Origin: an uncultured bacterium | GTDB lineage: Bacteria > Omnitrophota > Gorgyraeia > Duberdicusellales > CBEUCJ01 | Assembly: GCA_965541615.1 (NCBI GenBank) | Contig: CBEUCJ010000001.1 | Location: 195,754-259,753, forward strand | Direction: 5' to 3' | Length of the DNA: 64,000 bases | Shown here: piece by piece, positions 17,501 through 25,029 of the stretch | Numbering within the stretch: position 1 is the stretch's first letter | Layout: each line of letters starts with the position of its first letter | Notes under the pieces: model-generated | What the model was told of the DNA's origin: nothing | The model's input: only the letters and a program-made list of their open reading frames with translations | Databases searched by the model: none | Program-made: the position numbers and the translations under genes

Positions 17501-18793
17501 CCCTTTTTTAGATTAATAGGAAATGACCCTTTTACAAAAGAAGCAGGTTGTTATAAAGTTTGTGATGATATTGGAAGAAACATGTGGATGCATTCAAGAA
17601 TAAGTATGTTAACTTATCCTGAAAAATTATTATTAAAAACAGCAGCAGCTGGCATAAAAATTTTAAGAAAAATAAAGCCTAAAAAAGAAGAATATAAAAT
17701 GTATCATAAAGACCCACTTATTGCAGGTATTCTTCATGGAAGAAAAGCATTTAGAGGTCCTAATCAGGTAGTCATTGATATTACAAATAAATGTAATTTA
17801 AATTGTATTGTTTGCTGGCTTTACTCACCTTTTTCAAAAGTGGATAAAGATTGGCTTAATGAAGAGATTTCCAAAGATACACTTTTTAGATTAATAAAAG
17901 ATTTAAAAGATATTCATACAGAACGTATAAGATTTACAGGTGGAGGAGAACCTTTTATGTGCAAGTATTTAATAGAGGCGATTGAATTTGCACGGAAAAA
18001 TGGTTTATTAGTGTCTATTACTACAAATTTTGGGTTAGTTTCAAAAAAAGATATAAAACGTTTAGTCGATTTAGAGGTTGATGAATTATGCATCAGTATT
18101 TGGGCAAAGAACAAAGAAACTTATTTAAAAACTCATCCATCTGTTTCAGAAAAATATTTTGAGAATTTAAAAGAAAATCTTTTATATCTTAAAGAGATTA
18201 AAAGAAAAAAGCCTCGAGTTACATTTGCAAATGTAATAATGAATTTGAATTATAAAGAATTTGATGAAATGTATGAATTTGCAAAAGAATATGGTGCTGA
18301 TGCAATTTATTTTACTCTTCCTGATGTTTTTAGAGATGAAATTAAAAGGTTCTTATTAAGTGATAAAGAGAAAGAATTTTTAATTAGAAAAGCAGAGAAG
18401 ATGAAAATGAAAGCAAAAAAAGACAAAATCGAACTTGAATTTTTTGAAGGGTTTATAAGAAGATTATCTAAAAAAGAAGAATTTACAAAAGGAGAGTATG
18501 ATAAAGATGATATAGATAAAATCCCCTGTTATGTAGGATGGATATTCTCACGCATTTTAGCAGATGGAAATGTGGTTCCTTGTTGTAGAGCTGTTAATAA
18601 AATAATGGGAAATGTAAATAAGACCTCTTTTAAAGATATATGGTATTCTCAAAAATATAATGAATTTAGAGCTAAAGCGAAGTTTTTAAAGAAAACACAC
18701 CCCTTTTTTAAAGACATAGGATGTATAAAAGAATGTGATAATTTTATGCATAATTTAGAAATTCATAGAAAGTTGAATAATGTGTTAATATAA
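14555..18793 (+). CDS. 1412-aa protein with three tandem radical SAM / SPASM(twitch)-type modules
   Basis: Module 1: IDLTDKCNLNCIFCW...GSGEPFM, then IPCYIGWYYARILTNADVIPCCKAY...CIKECDNW. Module 2: IDLTNDCNSNCIACWC...GGGEPFM, then MPCYIGWLFARIIPNGEVHPCLKAH...GCYKVCDD. Module 3: IDITNKCNLNCIVCW...GGGEPFM, then IPCYVGWIFSRILADGNVVPCCRAV...CIKECDNF. A Cys-free ~130-aa beta-rich insert (GKGLIIDGGEKRGHALYSITIKENGRYELW...ILKIVADNC) lies between modules 1 and 2. Confidence 0.7.
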   Translation: MEKILEGIDKEKVLTGPRVVQIDLTDKCNLNCIFCWVHSPLFDKKKIFPEGLKELPFKLVKNLIKELKDLGTEEIILSGSGEPFMYDKILEVIDLIKSYGFYLNIITNGLLINDKIAKFLVEKKVDLLTVSVSAAKPSTYLKLHPPATHDDFLKLKNNLKKISNYKNEIVTIYPHTKIYNVICNKNYREIEEMIDFAKEVDADSVEFQTIDIIENKTEFLALGNKEKEEIFEIFERIRKRKDLIDYEIPKEKKIKDFIKEEFSDFGKIWKNYKENFQLTRYAKELICPKGFNGERKIIFHTYSPYATRVSDFWYKFNFNNNCKECELKRKCFNKKEEVGEVDVKLLNLLNVESFLRKLVNLDNQNFTYRKDIDSIPCYIGWYYARILTNADVIPCCKAYKFALGNLYKKSFSQIWKSEKYNEFRIKAKNLSKKDKYFSLINCIKECDNWGMNMEIHKKFMEYKKEKDIREKSFSLVINADKFFEGNFNKGNHEFGKGLIIDGGEKRGHALYSITIKENGRYELWSKYASYQIRPVKIFIDGNLIKEDGLSKITGGWNKVFSKWFKEGEIYLKEGKHILKIVADNCIPHIEKFAFLKKEGKINLFNIKTSYLEKFKDILKKEGLKKAIYKLFYNLTPSNLKDRYLEILGILDKEYAYKGPFHVQIDLTNDCNSNCIACWCNSPLFKKPRLTPEEKKEYLPFSLVKEVLDELKAMHTTEIYYSGGGEPFMHPNILEILEYTKKKGFITHVNTNFTLVNKDVADKLIDIGVDFLTVSVWAGTPQVYKKVHLRDEEVFFRVKDTLLYLNKRKKQKYNKPLIKIYSVIFNMNYHEIEEIIKFAEDTLSESIEFTLVDTIPGVTDVLRLNDKQYEELIYKFEKIKRKLDKNNRLPSGLLLFQFEQFLRRISQKNNVKEAKYDKNIIDSMPCYIGWLFARIIPNGEVHPCLKAHRIPSGSLYLNRFFEIWNSDKQKYFRKKTLVYEKKDPFFRLIGNDPFTKEAGCYKVCDDIGRNMWMHSRISMLTYPEKLLLKTAAAGIKILRKIKPKKEEYKMYHKDPLIAGILHGRKAFRGPNQVVIDITNKCNLNCIVCWLYSPFSKVDKDWLNEEISKDTLFRLIKDLKDIHTERIRFTGGGEPFMCKYLIEAIEFARKNGLLVSITTNFGLVSKKDIKRLVDLEVDELCISIWAKNKETYLKTHPSVSEKYFENLKENLLYLKEIKRKKPRVTFANVIMNLNYKEFDEMYEFAKEYGADAIYFTLPDVFRDEIKRFLLSDKEKEFLIRKAEKMKMKAKKDKIELEFFEGFIRRLSKKEEFTKGEYDKDDIDKIPCYVGWIFSRILADGNVVPCCRAVNKIMGNVNKTSFKDIWYSQKYNEFRAKAKFLKKTHPFFKDIGCIKECDNFMHNLEIHRKLNNVLI

Positions 18794-18881
18794 ATTAGGA
18801 GATCAGTTTTTGGATGAAAAACTTTATTTTTCTATTTTCAAAGCAAAGTTTTTACTAAAGGCAGAGAGTTTAGAGAATTAA

Positions 18882-19582
18882 ATGAAGTTGGAAATAGTAT
18901 TACCTGTATATAATGAAGAAGAGATTTTAGAAAAAAATGTAATAAGAGTCAAAAATTTTTTTAAGAAGCATAACTTCAAATTTATAATCTCTATTGTAGA
19001 TAATGGATCCACAGATAACACTTATAAAATTGCTAAAAATTTAGCAGATAAAAATGATAATATATTTGCTTTTAAATTGAAAAAAGGGGTAGAGGGAGAG
19101 CATTAAAATTTAGAATATTAAATTCTTCTTGTGCTATTTTGGGGTATATGGATATAGATTTATCTGCAGACCTTTATGATTTTTTGATATTGTATAGAGA
19201 AATTCAAAATGGGTATGATATAGTAATAGGTTCAAGATTGTTACCTGCTTCTTCTGTAAAAAGATCGATTCTCAGAAAATTACTTTCTCGAGTTTATAGC
19301 AAGATGGTAAGGAGAGTTTTGAATTTACCTTTTTTTGATTATCAATGTGGTTTTAAGTTATTTAGAAGAGAGAAAATCGTCTCACTAATGCCATTGATAA
19401 AAAATAATAATTGGTTTTTCGATACTGAGCTCATATTCTATGCATATAGAAAAAATTTAAAAATAAGAGAGATTCCTATAAGGTGGAAAGAAAGAAAATA
19501 TGGAAAGGTAAAGTTATTTCCTACGATTATTGAAGACATTAAAGGAATAATGAGATTGAGATTTAATAAAGAGTATTATTAG
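18882..19582 (+). pseudogene. GT2 glycosyltransferase (DPM1/polyprenol-phosphate-sugar synthase-like) split by a 1-nt frameshift in an A6G4 homopolymer (19080-19089)
   Basis: ORF 18882-19106 gives IVLPVYNEEE...SIVDNGSTDNT...FKLKKGVEGEH*. The next frame continues KRGRGRALKFRILNSSCAILGYMDIDLSAD...VIGSRL (the GT2 R-x-x-G-x-G-x-A-L ... DADL ... GSR motifs) into ORF 19139-19582. The split could be real (pseudogene or phase variation) or a homopolymer sequencing error. Confidence 0.55.
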
Positions 19583-19707
19583 CTAGTGTAGAGCATCATC
19601 AGATATATTATATGTTTCCTTTGATAAGTATAGGTTTAGTTTCAGGGTTAAGAGAAATTCAAAAATTAGTAATATACAAAAGAATAAATAATAATGAGTA
19701 GAAAACT

Positions 19708-20805
19708 TTGAAATACTCCTATTATATTAGAACATTATTAAATTATATAATTTTATATCCAAAACTTATTACTTTAAAATCCATCTATCGACTTTCTCTT
19801 TTATTATTTGGTAAAAATTATATCTCAGAACCTCTTACCATAAATTTTCTTATTACTCACAGATGTAATCTTAAATGCAAAATGTGTAGTTTTTTTGGAA
19901 GAAAGACTTATGAAACTAAAGAAAGAGATATAGAATTTGAGGATGTTAGAAAAATATTAATGAGTAGTAAAAAAATAAAGCCGATTATTTCTTTTGGTGG
20001 TGGAGAGCCATTTTTAAGAGAAGATTTTATTGATATATTAAAATTTGCTAAACATGAATGTAATTTAAAAGTGGTAGTGATTACAAATGGCTCTTTGCTT
20101 ACTGATAAGATAATAAAAACTATTGATAAACTAAACCTAATAGATTATTTTATAATATCTATACATGGTCTTTTTAATTTGCATGATGAAATAGTGGGAC
20201 TAAAGGGAGCTTTTGATAGAGTTGTTTCTAATATAAGAAAATTCTCTAAGAAACTTAAATCGAAGGTGATCGTTTCCTCAGTATTAATGAGAGAGAATAT
20301 ATTCTTTTTTGATGATTTTATAAGATTCTTTTTAAATGAAGGTATAAAAAAAATAAAAATAGAGCATTTGAACTTCCTAACAGAAGAAGAAACTAATCTT
20401 TATCAAAAAGAAAATATTTTTTTACCATTTACATTTATAAGAAAAGATTTATTCGAGAAAGAATTTATTGAAAAAGCTTGGTATACACTCGTTAATCTTA
20501 AAAGAAAATATCGTTCCAAACTCATTATTAAACCACCTCTCTCTCGAAAACAGTTTTATGAATGGTATGAAAAAAAAATTGGGAATAGCAATGAATTTTA
20601 TAGGCTTAGATGTGTTTTTATAAAACATTCTTTATTTATCGATCCACAAGGAGAAGTAATTCCATGCCAATTCCTTCGTAATTGTAAGATAGGAAATACC
20701 AAAAACAATGATCTTCTTAAATTGTGGAATTCTGCAATATATAAAAATATAAGAAAAATAATAAACAAAAGTAATTTTCCTGTTTGTTTTAGATGTTGTA
20801 AATAG
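19708..20805 (+). CDS. radical SAM / SPASM-domain protein
   Basis: INFLITHRCNLKCKMCSFFG (CxxxCxxC); FGGGEPF; C-terminal IDPQGEVIPCQFLRNCKIGN...FPVCFRCCK (SPASM-like Cys cluster). Confidence 0.65.
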   Translation: MKYSYYIRTLLNYIILYPKLITLKSIYRLSLLLFGKNYISEPLTINFLITHRCNLKCKMCSFFGRKTYETKERDIEFEDVRKILMSSKKIKPIISFGGGEPFLREDFIDILKFAKHECNLKVVVITNGSLLTDKIIKTIDKLNLIDYFIISIHGLFNLHDEIVGLKGAFDRVVSNIRKFSKKLKSKVIVSSVLMRENIFFFDDFIRFFLNEGIKKIKIEHLNFLTEEETNLYQKENIFLPFTFIRKDLFEKEFIEKAWYTLVNLKRKYRSKLIIKPPLSRKQFYEWYEKKIGNSNEFYRLRCVFIKHSLFIDPQGEVIPCQFLRNCKIGNTKNNDLLKLWNSAIYKNIRKIINKSNFPVCFRCCK

Positions 20806-20814
20806 TTTTCATTT

Positions 20815-23800
20815 ATGGCAGACTTCCCCAAATACCTTTCTATTCAAACCACATCTTTATGTAATGCTTCTTGTGTATTTTGTCCCTATAAAGATATAAA
20901 AGATTTATTTCCTAAAAAAATTATGGATATGAGACTATTTAAAAAAATAATAAATGAATGTTCAAACTATAAAGTTGAAAGAATAATCCTTTACATGAAT
21001 AATGAGCCTTTAACTGATCCTTACATAATAGAAAGGGTCAACTATGCAAAAGAAAAAGTACCTTGGGCTTGTGTTCATATTTTAACTAATGGTGTATTAC
21101 TTACTGATGAAATGGCAGAAAAAATTTTAAATTCAAAATTAGATTGGATTGGAATAAGTTTTCATGGGATAAGAAAAGAGACGGTTGAGAAAACAATGGG
21201 TATAAATTTTGATATAACATTTGAAAGGATTAATAAATTTATAGAAAAGGCAAAAAAAATAAAGAATATAAAGGAATACATAATGATAACTTTCCTAAAG
21301 CATAAATATTTAACAGATGAAGAAAAAGAAGAAGCGATTAAATACTGGAGAAATAAAGGAATAGAAAGAATTAGTTTTTTTGAAGCTCCTATCTCACGTG
21401 CAGGGAATGTAAAAAGTCTAAATAAGATATATCATAAAGAAAAAATTGTTGGTTGTAAATCTATATGGGCAGAAGAAATGATTCATATTACTGAGGATGG
21501 AAAAGTAATTTTATGTTGTATGGATTGGAGAAGGGAAGTTATTTTAGGAGATTTGAATAAAGAAAGTATATACAGTGTGTGGAATGGAAGAAGAAAAGAA
21601 ATTTGGCAGATGATTAAAGGATATAAAGAGATGCCAGAGGATTTTTTATGTAGAAGATGTGAAGAAGCAATAACAGAAAAAGAAAAAAAATCAGTTTTAC
21701 TTGTGAACTTACCTCCTTGGGGTGTAGATACTCCTTATTTAGGTATTGCTTCTCTTGCTAGTTATCTTAATAAGAACAGAATACCTACTCAAATATTCGA
21801 TTTTAATATAGAGTTGTATAATCTCGTTCCTTCAGAATATAAGTATCTATGGGGTATGAACTATAGTAGTTGGTGGAAAAATAAGTTTAGTTTTATTAAA
21901 GATAAAATAGGTCCTCATATTTATGCTTTAATGGAAAGATTGTTATACTTTCCTCACAAAATAATAGGATTTTCTCTTCCTTCAAATTGGTCATACACAA
22001 TTTTAGAAGAAATAGTAAGAAAAATAAAAGAGAGGGATAAAAATAAAATAATAATATTAGGAGGGATTTCTATATCAATAAAAGAACAAAGATTTGAGAT
22101 TTTAAAACGAATAGAAAAATATATAGATTATTGCATCATTGGTGAAGGAGAAAAGGCTTTGTATGAGATAGTAAAGAACATTTTTGAGAAAAAAGAAGAT
22201 GATATAAAAAAGATTAAAGGAGTATTAACAAAGGATACTTTTTTTAGTGATGGAGAAAAAGCAGAGATAGAATCACTCGATGAATTACCTTTTCCTTCCT
22301 TTGAGGAGTTTGATCTTGAAAAATACACTGCAAAAGGTAGCCTTCCTATAGAATTTTCTCGAGGGTGTATAGGTAATTGTTCATTTTGCGATTTTAAAAT
22401 AATTTCTCCTCGATTTAAGAAAAAGACAGCTTCTTACATTTTTAATCAGATTAAATATTATATAGAAAAGTATGGCATAAACCATCTTACAGTTGTAGAT
22501 CCTGCACTAAATTCAGATATAAAAACTTTAGAAGAATTATGTGATTTGCTAATCAAATACAAGGTTAAAATTAAGTTATCTGGTTTAGCTATTCCCCGAA
22601 AAGAGATGAGTTATGAATTACTCTGTAAGATGAAAAAAGCAGGCTTTTACCGTTTAGAATATGGAGTTGAAAGTGGCTCTGATAAAATTCTTAAGTTAAT
22701 GAGGAAAATGTTTACTTCTGAGATAGCTGAGAAAGTGATTAAAGATACTCATAGAGCAGGAATAGAAGTACATTTATATTTTATAGTAGGTTTTCCTGGA
22801 GAAGGAGAAAAAGAATTTAATGAAACAAAAGAATTTTTAAAAAGAGTAGCTTTATACGTAACAGCAATAAAATCAATTAATCCTCTTTATGTAATGGCAG
22901 GTTCAGAAATATTTTATCATCCAGAGAAATATGGGATTATTATACCTGATAATGAAGGTGATAGAAAATGGTATACAGTGAATTTAGATAACACTTTTGA
23001 TATAAGAAGAGAAAGAGTATTGGAGTTAAAAAGATGGGCAAAAGAACTAAATATAAAATTTTCAGAAGATGCTGAATCTTTGGAATTCACCTTAAAATTT
23101 GCTGAAAAGAAAAAAGAAAATGAAATTATAAGTATAAAAAAGAAAACGTTACCTGAGGAAGTTAAAAAATGTGATTTTCTTTTAATTAATCTTCCTCCTT
23201 GGTCTCAAGAAAATCCTCATATAGGTGTTGGTTATTTATGCAGTTATTTAAGAAAAAAAAGATTCAAACCTAAAGTTTTAGATTTAAATAAAAAATTTTA
23301 TCTTAACCATCAAGATTTTAAAATGCTCTGGCATGTGGAGAATAAAAATTTCTGGTCAAATGAATCTACATTTCCTTTGATTTTGAAAATTTTCAAAGAG
23401 GATATAGATAAAGCAATAGAGGAAGTTATTTCTTACGATTGTGAAGTTTTGGGGTTTTCTGTAGTAGATCCAAAAGAAAAACTTACCATTGAATTTATAA
23501 AAAGAATAAAAGAGAAAGCACCAGACAAAAAAATAATATTGGGAGGTCCTGCCACCTCTACTTATGAGCAGAGAAAGATTTTTTTAGATAATGTGGATAA
23601 AGATATAACTGCTTTTGTTATTGGAGAAGGTGAAGTCGCTCTCTTTTCTTTGTTGAGAAATATTTTAGAAAAGAGGGAGATAGATAACATTGAAGGATGT
23701 ATGGTTAAAAAAGATGGTAAGTGGAAATATAAAGAAAGAAAATTTTTTATTCCTCTTGATGAATTACCTTTTCCTACCTATGAAGAATTTGATATGAGTC

Positions 23801-24810
23801 TATATGGAAGATCTATTTTAGTTGAATGGTCAAGAGGTTGTATTGGAAGATGCGCTTTTTGTAAAAACTACAAACTTTTCCCTGTATTTAGAGTAAGATC
23901 TCCTGAGAATATATTAAAAGAATTAAGATTTCATAAAGAGAAATATAAAATTGAAGAATTCACAGTAGTAGATAATATATTAAATGGAGATTTAAATAAT
24001 TTAAGAAAAGTTTGTGAAAAAATAATAAAGGAAAATTTAAAAATAAGATGGACAGGCCAAATTGCTCCTTCAAAAAATATGGATTTTGAATTTTTTAAAT
24101 TATTAAAAAAAACAGGTTGTTTTAAATTACAAATTGGGTTTGAATCTGCTTCAAATAAGGTATTAAAAAAAATGAGAAAAACTTTTACTCAAGAAATATC
24201 TGAAAAGAATATAAGATATGCAAAGAAAGCAGGAATAGAAACAGAAATTTTTGTAATGGTAGGTTTTCCTGGTGAAGATGAAAAAGAATTTAAAAAGACT
24301 TATAATTTTATAAAAAGAAACTCAAAATATATTGATACTATAAAATCTATAAATACTCTGCATTTAATAGCAGGAACAGATGTATATGAGAAAAGAGAAG
24401 ATTTTGGAATAAAACCTTTACCTAAAGAAAATTGGCATTATTTATGGGAGACTTACGATGGAAATAATTATAAAATAAGAAAAAGAAGAGCAGAAATACT
24501 TTTAGATTTAGCTTACAATTTAGGAATAAAAGTTATGGAGACGAATATAACTGAAGGTAAAGAAAGTATATTTAAAGTTATAAAAGAAAAACCTCTTTGT
24601 GAAAAAATAGAATTGTTAAGGTCTTCCATTAATAATTTACAAGAACTCCCTCAAAAAAGAATAAGGAAGATAAGAAAAAAAAGGAGCTTTTTGAAGTATT
24701 TTATTTTGTTTTCACTTTCTTTTTACATATTTTTTTATATTGTATATTTTTGGATGTATATGATTTTAAAGAAAAAGATTATTTGGGGAGGAAAGTTGAA
24801 TAAGAAATAA
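20815..24810 (+). CDS. 1331-aa membrane-anchored protein with three radical SAM modules (1 twitch/SPASM-like + 2 tandem B12-binding class B modules)
   Basis: Module 1: IQTTSLCNASCVFCPYK...IVGCKSIW...ILCCMDW...FLCRRCEE. Module 2: NLPPWGVDTPYLGIASLASYL (B12-binding) + EFSRGCIGNCSFCDFK. Module 3: NLPPWSQENPHIGVGYLCSYL + EWSRGCIGRCAFCKNYK. Modules 2 and 3 are diverged tandem duplicates (DELPFPSFEEFD / DELPFPTYEEFD). C-terminal hydrophobic helix FILFSLSFYIFFYIVYFWMYMIL. Confidence 0.7.
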   Translation: MADFPKYLSIQTTSLCNASCVFCPYKDIKDLFPKKIMDMRLFKKIINECSNYKVERIILYMNNEPLTDPYIIERVNYAKEKVPWACVHILTNGVLLTDEMAEKILNSKLDWIGISFHGIRKETVEKTMGINFDITFERINKFIEKAKKIKNIKEYIMITFLKHKYLTDEEKEEAIKYWRNKGIERISFFEAPISRAGNVKSLNKIYHKEKIVGCKSIWAEEMIHITEDGKVILCCMDWRREVILGDLNKESIYSVWNGRRKEIWQMIKGYKEMPEDFLCRRCEEAITEKEKKSVLLVNLPPWGVDTPYLGIASLASYLNKNRIPTQIFDFNIELYNLVPSEYKYLWGMNYSSWWKNKFSFIKDKIGPHIYALMERLLYFPHKIIGFSLPSNWSYTILEEIVRKIKERDKNKIIILGGISISIKEQRFEILKRIEKYIDYCIIGEGEKALYEIVKNIFEKKEDDIKKIKGVLTKDTFFSDGEKAEIESLDELPFPSFEEFDLEKYTAKGSLPIEFSRGCIGNCSFCDFKIISPRFKKKTASYIFNQIKYYIEKYGINHLTVVDPALNSDIKTLEELCDLLIKYKVKIKLSGLAIPRKEMSYELLCKMKKAGFYRLEYGVESGSDKILKLMRKMFTSEIAEKVIKDTHRAGIEVHLYFIVGFPGEGEKEFNETKEFLKRVALYVTAIKSINPLYVMAGSEIFYHPEKYGIIIPDNEGDRKWYTVNLDNTFDIRRERVLELKRWAKELNIKFSEDAESLEFTLKFAEKKKENEIISIKKKTLPEEVKKCDFLLINLPPWSQENPHIGVGYLCSYLRKKRFKPKVLDLNKKFYLNHQDFKMLWHVENKNFWSNESTFPLILKIFKEDIDKAIEEVISYDCEVLGFSVVDPKEKLTIEFIKRIKEKAPDKKIILGGPATSTYEQRKIFLDNVDKDITAFVIGEGEVALFSLLRNILEKREIDNIEGCMVKKDGKWKYKERKFFIPLDELPFPTYEEFDMSLYGRSILVEWSRGCIGRCAFCKNYKLFPVFRVRSPENILKELRFHKEKYKIEEFTVVDNILNGDLNNLRKVCEKIIKENLKIRWTGQIAPSKNMDFEFFKLLKKTGCFKLQIGFESASNKVLKKMRKTFTQEISEKNIRYAKKAGIETEIFVMVGFPGEDEKEFKKTYNFIKRNSKYIDTIKSINTLHLIAGTDVYEKREDFGIKPLPKENWHYLWETYDGNNYKIRKRRAEILLDLAYNLGIKVMETNITEGKESIFKVIKEKPLCEKIELLRSSINNLQELPQKRIRKIRKKRSFLKYFILFSLSFYIFFYIVYFWMYMILKKKIIWGGKLNKK

Positions 24811-25029
24811 TCATAGGTTATGAGAATAATGTCAATACAGAAGAATAATAAGAGTCTTAAAAGAGAATTTAATCTAAATGGAAAATGTGCGTTACTAAAG
24901 AACTAAAATAAAATTTTGGAAGCATGGAAAAACAAATTGCAATATTATTTATCTTCATTTTCAATTTGGAGAAAATTTTATAAATTAAAGGTAAAATGAG
25001 TAGAAGTTTAATAAATTTTTGTTTGATAA

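Noticed and set aside
18824-18868. Tiny ORF MKNFIFLFSKQSFY between the triple rSAM-SPASM gene and the GT2 gene, considered as a possible RiPP precursor
   Set aside because: 14 aa, no Cys/Ser/Thr-rich core, no leader-like region and no RBS. A random ORF in AT-rich DNA is more likely.
24811-25029. A 219-bp AT-rich intergenic spacer with a 61-aa minus-strand ORF (24869-25054)
   Set aside because: The ORF is low-complexity (Ile/Leu/Lys/Phe), has no start context, and overlaps the next gene's start. I treat the region as the promoter region for the GT-C gene rather than a gene.
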